Assembly: GCA_907165135.1 (NCBI GenBank)
Contig: OU015569.1
Location: 7,316,001-7,380,000 of the forward strand
Length of the DNA stretch: 64,000 nucleotides
Direction: 5' to 3'
DNA from: Oikopleura dioica
Lineage: Eukaryota > Animalia > Chordata
The notes beneath the pieces are model-generated. The model had not been told where the DNA came from and did no database searches. It saw only the letters and a program-made list of their open reading frames with translations. This document shows, in pieces, positions 11,188 through 24,600 of this stretch. The position numbers and the translations under genes were made by a program. Numbering within the stretch: position 1 is the stretch's first letter; each line of letters starts with the position of its first letter.

Positions 11188-11741
11188 TTCCTAAAACGGC
11201 TACGAGTTCTTTTGATCAACAAGTTCATTTTAGTAATTTGCTGCTTTCTTCCATATCCGTACCTTTCTTCTCTCTCGTTAACCTATTTCACACATAGGCC
11301 GAATATTTTTGCGCGTTCAGCACGCTCGGGAAATAACTACCAACCTCAAACTGTATCCTTTCTAAACATGTTCTCTGATGTTTTCGTCTGTCTTTTATAA
11401 AAGAGAGCCACAATCTGCTATCGTCGTTTATTCCTTAGAAATGTTTTGCCATCACTACGAAAAGCTTAACTTTTGACTGACAAAATGAGCTGCCAGACAG
11501 CTATGAATTTTCGCACTCTGTGTTACCATGCCCTCAAAAATACTCCCTGCTCTTGCTTTGGAAAATTCTGCGGCGAAAAACTATTAAGAAACAAATATTT
11601 TTGTCCCGCCCGTCAAAAAAATAATTCACATTTTCGCCTCAACTATCCTCCTGCTTAGATGCGGATCAGTTTAGAAAGTTGAAATATCGGAATCAGAAAT
11701 TCGATTGACGCCATTATTTCGAACAAATTCTTTACTGATCG

Positions 11742-14700
11742 ATGAGTGGAAGTGACGAAACTTGCGGAGGTAAGAAAGAACCCAGAGAATTTGAATTTCC
11801 TTTTCTTAGTTAAAAGTTTGTGCCCACCACCACAGCTCATTGAGCCTGACAATCAAAATGCCGATACAAATCAAAATCTGCCATTCGAACTGAACAGAGA
11901 CGTAAGTTCTGGTCCTAATAGCTTGCATTATACAGTTATTAGATCCTCAAACTAAGAGTAGAAGACTTTGACAGCAATCCTCCATCGTCTTGCGGGGAAG
12001 AAGATGACGACAACGTAAGTTTGGCCTAACACGATGGGTTTAATAATGTTGTTAGCCTGAGCACAGCTTCGATGCTGTTATTGCAGCAGATCCGTCGTGG
12101 GTAGAGCCTTCGCAAGATGTCGTCGTTTCGATGGTTTCTCTGCTCGATCACTACTTTTCGGACGAGAATTTAGTAAAGGATAAATTCCTACTCAAGCATG
12201 TGCGACGCAACAAGCAAGGATACGTTTCAGTCAAGCTTCTCACCAGTTTTAAGAAGTTAAAACATCTTTCTCGGTTAGTTGAGACTCTTTTCAGTTTAAC
12301 ATTGCCTTGCAGATCCGACTGGCGAGTAACGGCTTTCTGCTGCAAGTCAAGCAGAAATCTTGAGCTCAACCACTCGGGCAATAAAGTCAAGCGAAGGGAG
12401 CAACTGCCTCATATCGATTTACCGACGACGTCTATCAAAACTATTCTCGCCAAACTCCCCACTGGCGACATGATGACCGTCGATGAGGTATTTTGTTTTT
12501 CATGACGTAGCCTAAACGAGCTTCTTTGAGATTTCATTCATCTTTCGAAAATTCGGCTCACTCTCCACTGTCCGCCTTATCCGCCCTGGAAAGGAGGTGC
12601 CACTCGACTTGCGAAACCATGTTGCAAAACACCCTGAACTCGGGCAGTCTACTTGCGCTGTCGTTGAGTTTGACAAAACAGAAGAGTGCCAGAATGCTTA
12701 CAAGACGCTTGGAAAGATAGCCCGCGAAGAGAACACTGGATGGGAATATTCTCTCTTGGGCTCGTTTTCTAAATCGATACTCGTTTATAAGTACATGGAA
12801 ATTGGTTTAAAAGTAATTAAGCTCTTGAAAACGGTAAAAACAGGCAGCGGCAGGAATCCGCGAAGGCAACAGAAGAAACAAAAAGCAAAAGAAAGACAAC
12901 TTCTTGGTGGAAGCTATGGATACGACTCGGCCGAAGAGTTCGGCTCGAGTCCTTTCGTCAGGTATGTTTCTATACTCTACGATTAAACTATGATTGTGAA
13001 GTTCTCGAGAGAACTCGCCCGAAGTGCGTCGAAAGTTCCCGCTGAACGCCGCGCGCAGTGGTCAATATCTTACTCCTTCGCCGCTCGTCTCTCCTTACGG
13101 CTCACGCTCCAACTCTCCTATGCGACACTCGTCAAGCGGACACCCAAGCCCTAATTTCCAGCGGAGGTCTGTGTCGGACAACCCCGTCGGTAACAATAAA
13201 TGGGCCATCGGAAATCGTTCAAAACTTGGGCAATCGCCTCTCGCTCGTCGACGACAGGTTCGGCAGAACGTTAAAGATGCTTGATTTACTTTCTTTTTCA
13301 GATCACCTCCCCAAATGATCATTATGCGAAGGCGACACCCCCATCGCCCCTTGTCGTCCCAAACTTGCTTGGAAAGGTTAGTGTGCAGCCCGGCTCCTAT
13401 GGCCTTCAAGGAGCGACGTCCTTTGAGAAGCTGAATCCGGGCAAATCTAAAGTTGACGATATTTTCAATAAGTCGATAGAAGTCTGGTCCAATGACACAT
13501 ACTCGGATTCGCACCATGTGAATACTGAGCTGTCCCACTCGCAATCTCCATTGTCTCGCAGTCTGACAGATACTTCGCATGGGTCTAGAGATGCAGGGCG
13601 ACTGATCGGGCACACACGCGCTAATCAGAGGTTCGAGCCACCTTCCTTACATGAGCGAGGGTTCTTTAACAATCACACCCAGCCACAGTCATATTGCAAT
13701 ATGACGCGGAGCCAGTCCAATTCGAATATACTTGGGCGGGTGAGTGATTACACGCCGCACCCACAGCCACGCAATAGTCCTAACCCGCTAAACTCGCAGA
13801 GCACGTCAAACTCCGCCATCCCGCACTACTTTAGCAACCACTCGCACAATCAATCATTCTCATCGCGAACGGACTTTTTACAAAATGATTACTCGCCATT
13901 CCATCGAATACGAAAAGAGTCCGCTGGCGAGCAAGTCAATGATCAACATCTCCGAAGCGGATCGAACTCTCACTTTCACCACCACCAAAGCAACCTTTTC
14001 GATTTTACCTCTCACTTGACAAAATCATTCTCCAACCCGAATATCTTCTCTCTTTATTCGAATAACTCTCCTTCGAGTTCGAGTGCTGAGAAAGCGCATG
14101 AGATCCATCATCAGCCTCGGCATCATTCACCCTCTCCTCCTCCTCTTTTCCCGACAGATACTCCCTCGCCTCCTATCATCCCTCACAATCCCATGGAATC
14201 TCCAAACACTTTGGGAGAGCATCTCGACCCATTCCAAGCCCCAAGTTCATATCCGATCGGATCACAGTCGGGCAATTCTTTCGTAAGTACACTCCAGCGG
14301 TGTACAATTAATCTGATGTCAGGAGATCAGATCGGAATTCAAAATTTATCAATTTCGAATTCGCAAATTTCATTAAACTCTTTCAAGCTCGGTGTAATAG
14401 TAAAGAAATACTTACCACTGCGCGTAGTATTGTCGCATTATAATCGGTGATTAGATTAATAGCTGCTCATCAGACTTGCTTTCTTAGATTTATTTTTCTT
14501 TTAGAATAATAACAATGATGAGCCCGCTCAAAAATCTCCCTGGTTCCGTCGACGCCAAGACTTTCTTGCAGCCCAGAGTAAGTTCAGACATAAAGTCAAA
14601 TATTTGATAATTGGCTCAGATGACTCGCCGCTGGGCTCTCCGTCTGGCTCACCGATTTTAAGCCGAAAAACATTGGAATTAGACAGAACAAGACCAACTC

Positions 14701-14794
14701 TACTGATTGGGGGTATTCTTCCAGTCCTGTTGAATCTGGAATATTGAGGAATCCCCGCGGACCACCTGACAATACAACGAAGGGATTCCAGTGA
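11742..14794 (+). CDS. LARP6: La-related protein 6 (La motif, RRM, C-terminal LSA/SUZ-C)
   Basis: La motif YFSDENLVKDKFLLKHVRRNKQGYVSVKLLTSFKK. RRM CAVVEFD. C-terminal SPWFRRR, GSPILSRK and GILRNPRGPPDNTTKGF. Start inferred. Confidence 0.9.
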
Positions 14795-16428
14795 GTCCTT
14801 ATTACCGTGATCAATGTCTAAAGAGTGCTTCAGCCGCGATAATCCTGTTCTTGGCAAGTTAGAAATGCTCTCGTCGCAAGTTGCCGCGGCAGCTACCTAC
14901 GAGTCCTCGTCGCAACCAAACTGCTGAAGCCACTTCGATCAACAAGCATCTTAACTGGAGTCACTCAATCACAATTTTAGGTCTAGCCAAAAAGATTAAA
15001 TACACGTGTTCTACCGTCGCGTGGCGAGATTACTTATTTTACCTTTTACTAATTCTTACAAGTCTATTTGCCTTATAGTTCACGTCCAGTTCATCCCCTA
15101 AATCACCTTAGCCGAAAGAAGTCGCCCACACTTTCCCCTTTCTTTTCACTCGTTAAACATTTATCAAGTGTGATGGGACGTTCACCTTATTTACTCATTA
15201 TCCCAAAGTCAATCGTAGCGACCCACCATCTTCATTTCTCGATCCGAAGAAAGTTAAGTTCAAGTTTAATATTTAATATTGTCGATACAATATGTTCCTT
15301 TATTGTTCAAAGCCTAACACCGGTTCGAAATAAACAAAATGAAATCGTCGTATTATCTGCCCTATATAAGCGTTCTTCTCTAATTATTTACTTCTTTATG
15401 TCGACATTTACCTTTATTTTCTTTATCTCGTTAAGTATTTAAATTCATATCGATTCCATGACTAAAAACAGCACTGGTGCAGTCACAGAAACTAATAACA
15501 AATGAAAATGACAATCTACCAAAAATGTGACTCCGATTCATTTATCTCGAACTTTTGATAATGCCTCTGACAGGACAAGAAAAAAGCAGTTGCCATTTAC
15601 TCAGAAGCACAACCGTTTATGCATAAGAATTGTAGGACAAGTAATATTTGATTTATTGAATGACGATATCTTGCCCCCATTTTTGATTGTTGGAATTGCG
15701 GCTTGTATATTCGAGGCAAAGTGCTGGCTAACGATCCTTGCCTTGTCAGAATTATCGATTTTTATCTCACTTTCCTGCTGACAGTAATATGAACACGATT
15801 CATTGTCTCGTACTTTTTTTTGACTTCGCGATTCTTGCGGCCATTTTTGAATCTTATTCTCTTTCGCGTTCTATTCCTGTTATTTTGTTCGTGCTTCATT
15901 GTGTGACACATTCATGCTTCTCTTATTGTCGCATGCTTTTCTATTCTGGCCATGCTACCTGAATCTAACCGATCCATTTCTATCTACTTTCAATTACTTC
16001 TTTTCCCGATTTTCATTTTTCTAGCAAGATTGAGGACTCTCCAGTCTACTTTCCAGATTTATCATAAATAAACACTATTCAGAATAGTCTATTCTGCATA
16101 TTTTATCTGCGTTAACTATTTTGATGAACAAACAACTCACTTACAATGCAAAGCTACTTTTTTCCGATGGATATTGCCTCATCGAAACTACGAACCAAAT
16201 TTCGGAAGCTACTATGAGCGATAAAAAAGAAGCAATTAACTATTCTGAAAAGCAACTCCCCGCCAAAGTTATGTCCATACAGAAAATAAACGTCAAAACA
16301 TTCTGAAAACACTTCTTGTCTGAAATCGAGCACGAACGCGTGGTTTACTATTTCCATTCAGTTGAATTCGATATTACGTACCTTCATGTACTAGTAAATA
16401 AAAGACAAGTTTCTAAACAGTCACGAAG

Positions 16429-17901
16429 ATGGATTCACTAACAGAAAGGCTTCTTCAGAGAGTGCTCAAATGTCGAATTTTCATCTTATTACTAATCCAA
16501 CTCCGTTATCGCAGGCGAACAAACTCGAGTTAGGATTTCGACAACTCCAAAAAACAGTCGAGCGAAAATTTGGGAAGAAAGAAGACCCGTCCATTGTCAA
16601 AAGTAAGCGCCATTGGAATCGGATATACAGTATATCATATACTCATTCATTAAGGCGATACGGAGATCGATGCCAAGCTTTCAATGTACAAAGACATCGA
16701 CGACTCGATGCGCTCCCTACGGCTGGCTTCAAGAACCATTCATGTTTCGACGAGAGCGCTCTGCTGCCAAGACACGTACGTCGTCAAATTCATTCAAGAA
16801 AACTACAATGTCGATGGAGATCCGATCATTCAGGCTTTGAGTGCAACTGCAGAAGGATTCAGTGCCTCGGGAAATTACTGGAACACAGTCAAAGGACTGG
16901 ATTTTTATCGAATTCAAGCAGGACGTTCCATTGAGAGCGCAAAATAAAATCCTTGGGAAAGATTGCTCAGATCGTGTTCAGAGAGATTATTCGACCTTCT
17001 ATCTCAAGGGTATAGGAGAGCTAAAAGAACAAATAAAAGAAATGGAGGAAGCGCGCACTGATTATCGAGCTGCTCTTTCTTGGTTGCGCGCCACATCGGT
17101 AGATCCTGACAACCTCAGCCAGGTCGAGAAGTTTAGACGAGTGCAACTTCAAGTAAAGTCCTCGAAAGATAAATTTGACCAGATGAAGTGGTCAATCCAG
17201 GTCAGTGAATAATGTGCTATAGGTTATGTTATGTTGCTTCTTTTAGACGAAGATTGATTTACTGCGCGTCTCGCGTGCCTCTCTTCTATCAAATGCTATG
17301 GCGCCGCTGTACAGAAAGACCGCCTCCCTTTCCAGAAAGGCAAGCTTTTGATTCATGAAATCGAGTGGTTTTTTTATTTTTGATAAGGTATCCTCGTCAT
17401 TGAGCGACGCAAGCATGAATATCAAATCATATTCTTTGAGCGACTACGACTACAAAATACTAAAAGAGCTGAAAACAGTTGATAACGACTTGAAGAAAGA
17501 GTGTGCTCTAGATGATCTCCAGGCCCACGAGACGAAAAATAACTCTGCCAATGAAACCGAGCAGCAAAATAAAGGTATCCGACTTATACATAACAGTTCT
17601 GAAACATTTTCTTAAGACGACATGCAGCTGCTCGACATCTCCGGCGAATGCTTCGATAATCAGAGTGAAAATCAAAAGTTGATTTCCGATTTTCTAGGAA
17701 AACCAAGCATGTTCGACCTAATAAAGAGGGACGAGGATTCAATCTTCACTGATGATCTACTCCAAGATTTTTCCGTAATTAAAAGCAATCTTGTAACTGT
17801 CATCATGTATTTTTAAGGCACAGCCTCAAGACCTATCCGAAGCAGAGAACTACCTATCAAACTTCAAAGAAGAACCAAAGAAGGACCTTCTCGAATGCTA
17901 G
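16429..17901 (+). CDS. ICA1: ICA69 / islet cell autoantigen 1-like (arfaptin-homology BAR domain)
   Basis: KFGKKEDPSIV; MEEARTDYRAALSWL..DPD..QVEKFRRVQLQVKSSKDKFD; KIDLLRVSRASLLS. These match ICA69 GKKEDEHVV, MEQCRTEYRGALLWM and KVDLLGASRCNLLS. The 3' end is approximate. Confidence 0.85.
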
Positions 17902-18310
17902 TTTTTCAAATAAGCCGACGCACACCAATTAAAAGATCCAAATATTATCTTTGCTTCAAACCACTCCAACTTCTCTTCTGCAGTAAATACGCATGATTAT
18001 TTTCTTTTCCTCGCGTGCATGCTTCTTCATTCGTTTACTGCATATAAAACTATTCGCACTAGTGTAATACAAAATGCCCAAGGGATGTGTATAGGCCTCC
18101 CCGCCTCTGAATTTCATGTCTACAATTTCTTCATTTCGTAAAGTATCTATAATCCTCAATTACCTACCAAAGCAGCCGATCCTTTATCGAGTTGCTCGAT
18201 TCTCAGCAACATGCCCGTTTCCCTTCCATAAATATCTTCTACTCGTTAATTGTCAAAACTCATTAATTCATCTTATTAATTCATTTACATTTGCTAGAAA
18301 TCATCATAGC

Positions 18311-20578
18311 ATGGGTAAACAATACGGGTTGATCCTAAAGAAGAAAGAGTCCAAGCCCGCGCTACAAAAGTCAAAGTTGTCGTTTTTCGATGATGATGAC
18401 TCCGACGAGAACACAAAAGCGGCAATCGAAAAGGACTTGCTCAAAGTATCGGCAAAGAAGAAAATGAATAAGCAGACTCAGGTAATTGGTGACTTTTACA
18501 TTTATTCACTCGCGCTCATGCAAAAACAAAAGGAAACGCTCATTCGAAGATTAGCCTCAATCATCTGTTTTCTCCAGACAGGGAGTGATGCACTTTCTTT
18601 CGTACTAAAAACAAGTTTTACAAACACAGAGACATTCAAGTTGATAACCTTGAAGCAGAGCCGACCAGAGAAACCCTCGCAGGACGCGTCTTCCTCAGCG
18701 AAATCGACCCTACCTGGAGTATCTTTTAGGGCGTTAGAATGCGCCTTACCCTTCGCAAAGTGAAGTAGCACTGCAAATTCCTCGCATTACAACAATTTCG
18801 CATTTATCGTTGCACTCATCTTCAGCGCCAGTTGTGAACTTATCATATTGAAGCTCTTTAAAAGAACAATTAATAAGTACCTTTCGTTTGACAATGAAAG
18901 GAGGTCGATTAGAACGATTGGTGAACACTGAATTGCCGGCAGAAAGATGTTGAATTTGCCCTAAACTCTGGCGTAAGTTGCGATGGGACTGGAGAAAAAT
19001 AAACCAAGAATTTTTTTGTCCGTTGGGGAAAGTGAATCATAAGGCTGTGACTGAAGATACGGCCCTAGTATGCTCATGTACATCATCTTAGCTTGGATTT
19101 CTCTTCATCTCTTTTTAGTTAAAAAATATCGAGAAAACCTTTCAGAGTATTCGATTCCATAATCAATCGCTAAAACTGCGTTTATCTCCGGGCTCGGGCG
19201 TTTTAAAGACGAAAATCCAATTGTTCGATAATCACTTTGACTCTTTATCTCTTTTAGACTCAATTATCCCAACTATAACGTGATCCCGAGATTCGCTTCT
19301 TGGTAATTGGTTTTTATCAAATGCAAGCATTTCTTTTTTGTGGCAGCTAGTTTCGCCGCAGGATATCTCCATTCAACAAGGACTGAATTCGTAATCTAAT
19401 ATTAAGTTAGATGTGCAACGCGCCCTTGAAGAAGATGCAACTGTGTATGAGTACGACGCAGTTTACGACGATATGAAAGCAGAGAAAGAAGAGCAAAGGA
19501 ATGGGTGAAAAGCTTGATTGCTTTCAGTCTAAATTGTTACAGTGACCATCCGATAAAAAAGTAAAAGCAAGAACGATCCGAAGAATCGCAAGTCAAAGTA
19601 CATGGAGAGTGTTATGAAAACGTACCAAAAACGGGAATTGCTGCGAGCAAGACGTGAAGAACGAAAGGCTCATAAAGAACGAGCCGAGGAAAAAGACGAG
19701 TTCGCAGATAAAGGTAGATAAGATATCTGATGAGTTGATTTGATCAATTTTAGAGCAATTCATAACCAATGCATACCGTGAAAAGTTGAAGGAGATGAAG
19801 GAAGCGGAAGAAGAAGAGGCGAGGATGGATAAGATCGAAGAAATCATGGACGTGACAAAGCAGAAAGACATGTCCGGTTTCTACAAGTAATTTCCTTTTC
19901 TATGGATTCAGATTAGTAAGGGAGCCTTTAGACACTTCCTGAATAGACAAGTCAACAACAGAAACATTCGACAAAAGAAAAAAGAGGAAGAGTCTGAAGA
20001 AGAAAACACCGACGACGATGAGCCGGTCGTCGAAAGGCTTGAACGAGACAAGCCCGAAGTCAAGGAAGAAGTCAACGACGAGTCTATCAAAGTGTGAGTT
20101 ATTAAAAAGTCAATTTCATTAGATCAATCGGCTTTGCTGCTGCTCTAGGAGATAGCAGACTCTGAGTCAGCGAGTGATTACTTTTTTCCTTTCAGCGAAA
20201 ATTCAAATAACGCTGCTGCGTCTCCCGTCAAACACGAGAATAATCAAGATGCTGATTCTGACTTTCTATCAGAAGATGAAGAAAAGCCTGACGTCAAGAA
20301 TGAACAAAGCGAAGCTGATGTTAAAACCGACCTTGATGTCAAGCTAGAGGGCGACGAATACGCCGGAAGAAGGAAAAGTGAAACTCTCGTTGAATTTAAG
20401 CAGAGGTAGGGCTTTTCATTGAGTTTTCAATTCTAAGACAGTGTTAAGGCTGAAAAAGAAAAAAGAAAGAAGTCTTGATATTTATCGAACAAAACACACG
20501 GAAGAGACCTTGGCCCCTTTCCGTCAAAGATACCTTGAGAGGCGAGATAAAAAGCGCCAAGAGGGACGTTACATCTAA
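18311..20578 (+). CDS. NSRP1: Nuclear speckle splicing regulatory protein 1 (CCDC55)
   Basis: MGKQYGLIL..FFDDDDSDE..KKMNKQTQ|..ALEEDATVYEYDAVYDDM; SKYMESVM; DEFADK|EQFITNAYREKL; DVTKQKDMSGFY; TKHTEETLAPFRQRYLERR*. The first intron is unusually long (~930 nt). Confidence 0.9.
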
Positions 20579-20755
20579 ACTCTACACTGCCTGTTTTCAA
20601 AAAAAATATGCGACCCATCGTATCAAATTCAATTCCAAATCTTTTGATTCTTTTTTTATTGAATTTCAATTGAATTAACATTAAACTGATAAAAAATGGC
20701 TGATATTTGATCTGATGGTCTTTGTATTAACAAGTTTATCCATTCAGAAACAATC

Positions 20756-21271
20756 ATGAGTTCTTCGACGGACACATATGGAACGACCTTTGTTGTGGTG
20801 GGTTCGAAGACAACAGTCACTCCTCCAGTTCGAAATTTGCCCAAAAGGTATGGTTTGATTTTTGAATTCCTTTGGCTGACGAAGTTATTCAGAACTCCCA
20901 GTCGACTTGACAATGCTCGTCGATGGGCGCCTACTAGCTACTCGAAAAACCATGCGGAACAGCACAGACGAGTCCAAACAGGCCAGGTAAGTGACCCTCA
21001 GAGTGCAAATATTGCGCTTATTAGTCATCGAACTGTCTCTAATGATTTGGTTCCGTAGTTTTCGAATAGCGAGAATTCGCAGAACGAAAAGAAACTCGCC
21101 ACGCTGCGACTAGAAGAGAAGGTTGAAGAGCCATTGACGGTGCCTGAGCGCGCGCTTCCACCCCCGCCGCGGAGCTCTTCCGGCAGTCCTGCTCCCCCTC
21201 CTCCTCCGGCTGACTACAACCACTCCAGTGTTGCTAAAAGCAGCACCTCTGCTGAGCCGTTTTACATTTAA
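20756..21271 (+). CDS. Small proline-rich uncharacterised protein (3 exons)
   Basis: Canonical GT-AG junctions join in frame: MSSSTDTYG..NLPKR|TPSRLDNARR..TGQ|FSNSEN..PPPPADY..FYI*. Confidence 0.55.
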
Positions 21272-21616
21272 AGCACATTTCATTGCTGAATCGAATCACT
21301 TCAACCCTCAATTCCATTCAATTTCTTCCTTATCGAAGCAGTTACGCTAAAATGATCCTATCCATCTTAATTCTTAATTTTTACTCTTCTAGCTGTCCCT
21401 TCAGTCCTGTGCAAATACGAAAACATTTTACTAATTTCGACATTCTATTGTGCCTGTTGTATTCTAGTACTTTACCTTTCTCTTAACTCTCGCCGTTGTT
21501 GCCTTTTGCCTTCTTCCAGAAGTTTTCAACTTTTCTATGCAACTATCTAACTTAAAAAATACGAATTTATATTTCACTCATTCAAATATTCTTTTATTTT
21601 CCACGCCTGAACTTAA

Positions 21617-24600
21617 GGGGGGGGTCGACGAAAAAAATTTTTTCGCTTTTTCAAATTTTTGATACTTTTTTTGGATTCCTCGATAGATGAGAAACATTTT
21701 TGGTCTCTAGGTTTTTTCCATTATGTAAACTTGATAATGTAAAATTTTCATTCAAAGATGGCGCGCGCACCATTCAAGTATAGCTCTTTCAAAATGAAAA
21801 ATTGACTTTCGAATTCTTTTCAAATGCAAGAAACATTTCATGAAAACACGTTTTAGACCGGAAATAAGTTTATTAGTAAATCTAGCATTTGTAATTGAAA
21901 ATACAGTGCATTTTCCTTTTTACAACTTGTCGAAAAGAAGACAGACTTTGGCGAAAACCTAATCAGAGGAGGACTCGGCGACGGATCGTTCGATTTCGTA
22001 GAGCTTTCCTTGCTGCTTGTAGTAATCGACGACAGGAGCAGTTGGAGATTGTGGCACAAATCAAAGCGTGAAAGAAGATGAACTCGAGTTAGATCGCGCG
22101 AAGAAAGAGAAAGAAAGAAAATCATCACAAAATTTACTTTTTCTGGTCATTTTTTGAATTCTTCTTTGCTGCATTTAGCAGGTCTTTTTTCAGCTCGGAT
22201 GAGACATCTTTTGACGAAACATATACAGCTCCTTCTTTCTTTTCTTTTTGCGTTCCTTGGAAACAGCCGAGATTTTTCTTGCGACGAGCTTTTTCTTCTT
22301 GTTTCTTTTTATGACCTTTCTTCCTTTCAATCTTTTTCTTCACTGCATTTTTTGCTGCTCGCTTCAATCCTCTCTCGCTCATTACGAAGTCCAATCTTGT
22401 AGCAATCGCTTCGAAAGTTTCGGACTCCGATGTATTGTAGATCAATGTGCCAATGGCACATTGAGCTTCTGTTGTCAGGGTCATGAATGGAATAGCTTTC
22501 GCTAAAAATAAATTATCATAAAACATCGATAAAATGAAAATTACATTTGTCAATAAGTGACCGAGATATCAACAAGCTATGATAACTTTCAACGAAGCTT
22601 GTAATTCCAACGTTTATCAGAGTCCCCAACCATTGATCGTTCGCGAAGTACTTGCTATTCATCGTCGAAATAAAATTCTTGAAAACATCTTGTTTCCAAT
22701 ATTTTTTTTGGACTTTACAAAGTTTTATTTCATAATAACGCAAAAAAGCCCCTTGGTAATCATGTGCTTGATCAAAAAATAATCAAGACATGATCACCAA
22801 GGGGCATTCTTCTAAAGAAATTCAAACTTTCCTCCGCTGATATTCAAGATGGGCTCGTTCTCCTCGCAATAAGAGTCGCGAATGCATTCGCTATGATCTC
22901 CAATGCAATGTTTCCAAAAAGTGTTGAATTTCTTCTTGATCCCTTCAACATCATTGGAAGTCGGATCAAAATACAGTTCTTTCAGAACTTTTTTGACAAT
23001 ATATTGTCCACTGAATTTTATTTTATCCAGCAAGTTCAAGGTAGAACCAATTTTTGGAACGGATTTTTATGGAAAGGGTTTTGATTGGCGAGTAGGCCAA
23101 ATACAGCAATCTTATTGGTAATTCAAAAATTCACTTCCAAAAATTAGTTTAGTCCCAAGTTCAGGGGTCAAAATACCAGCAAAATCCTTACTAACCCGTT
23201 ACAAAATTTGTACATGGCGTCATGCCCGAATACAGTTGCGCCAAATAGTTTGGAAGCTCCACAGATGATTTTTGCACCGTTGAAGAAGTTTTTTCCAAGA
23301 TGCGCTAGTATTAATCAGTTTATTTTTCATTGAACGCAAAAAAGCCCCGTAGAGAAGCTTTTTCGAGAAACAAATCCCAAAAAAACTTCCCTACGGGGCT
23401 TAGAAAAATAAACCTTTATCGCGCTGCAATGTAATTTTATCGGCCGAAACAATCGAGTCTCCGATTTTTTTTCCAATGGGAAGCTCATCAAATTCACCAT
23501 ACTTCCAAGGAAGTCGGAATTTCACATCGCCGTCCAAGGCGATTTTCAGCGGAGTAGGAGCAATATTGGCAAGGGGTCGGAGAATGGTGCTTGCGATCCT
23601 TGAAAAGGCTATGCCTTCAAGTTTTGCAGCTGTTGTATCAGCAATATGCCCCAGCGCATTTTCAAAATTCGTATTTTTGGATTGCGGGCGCTTTTGAACA
23701 GTCTTGGCAAGAGTTGCTCAATAAATATTCTTGCGCTCTTTACTCGGAAGAAAAAGTGGTGAAATACAAACGAGAACTGGCAATCAGCAGTTTCTACGAA
23801 TTCGGCTCCAACAAGATACTTAGTATTTAGCAACTCTGTCTGTCCACATATGAGAGGAGATTCACCGGGCAATTTTCCCATAAGAGTGAAAAGACAACCC
23901 GTTGAATGATGCCCTCGGTTAGGCTTCACAAGTTTCAAATTTGTTGAAAGAAAAAGACTGTATCACTCGAAAACTGGCGGCTTTGATAAGAAGCTTTCTG
24001 TTTGCCAAGAATACACCAGCGAAATTGTCAAAATGGGAATCGAATTTGAAACTCTAAATAGAATCCATCTCCCATAAATTCAACCTCTACGCCAGCTTTG
24101 ATTTTATCCGCAAATTTCGATCGAGCATCACGCATATTTTCTTCGCCCAATTTTATGATGACTTTGTTGACGGAATCATGCATCAAAGTCATCTTTTTGG
24201 ACTTGAAATTGATGTCTTCATAAGCACCATTTTGTTTCAAAACGCCGAAGTTGATGAAATCGGAAAATCTAATTTATAATATTTACAGTAATAAAATCAT
24301 AAATGTCTATTCTTTCTACCTAGCGAAATTTGTGAAACCAATACCGCTGGTTTTTAGTGCCGCGAGAACCATTTTATTGAATTGTTCTCGTATGTTTTCA
24401 TATTTGAAAGACCAGCCGCAATTGCAATCAACCCAAAAAATGCGGCGAACGAAAGAAGTTGAAGAGCATCTAACCCTTAGATCGAAGCCTGTTCGAAAAC
24501 TTTTAATTGATTTTTAGAGCGCTAAAGAAAGCTTCTAAGATTTTACAATCAGCAAAATAAGAAAGAGAACTACTCCAATAAGCATTATAAAAATGACACA

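Noticed and set aside
14881-16360. Several short ORFs between LARP6 and ICA1
   Set aside because: No consistent spliced model or recognisable motif on either strand.
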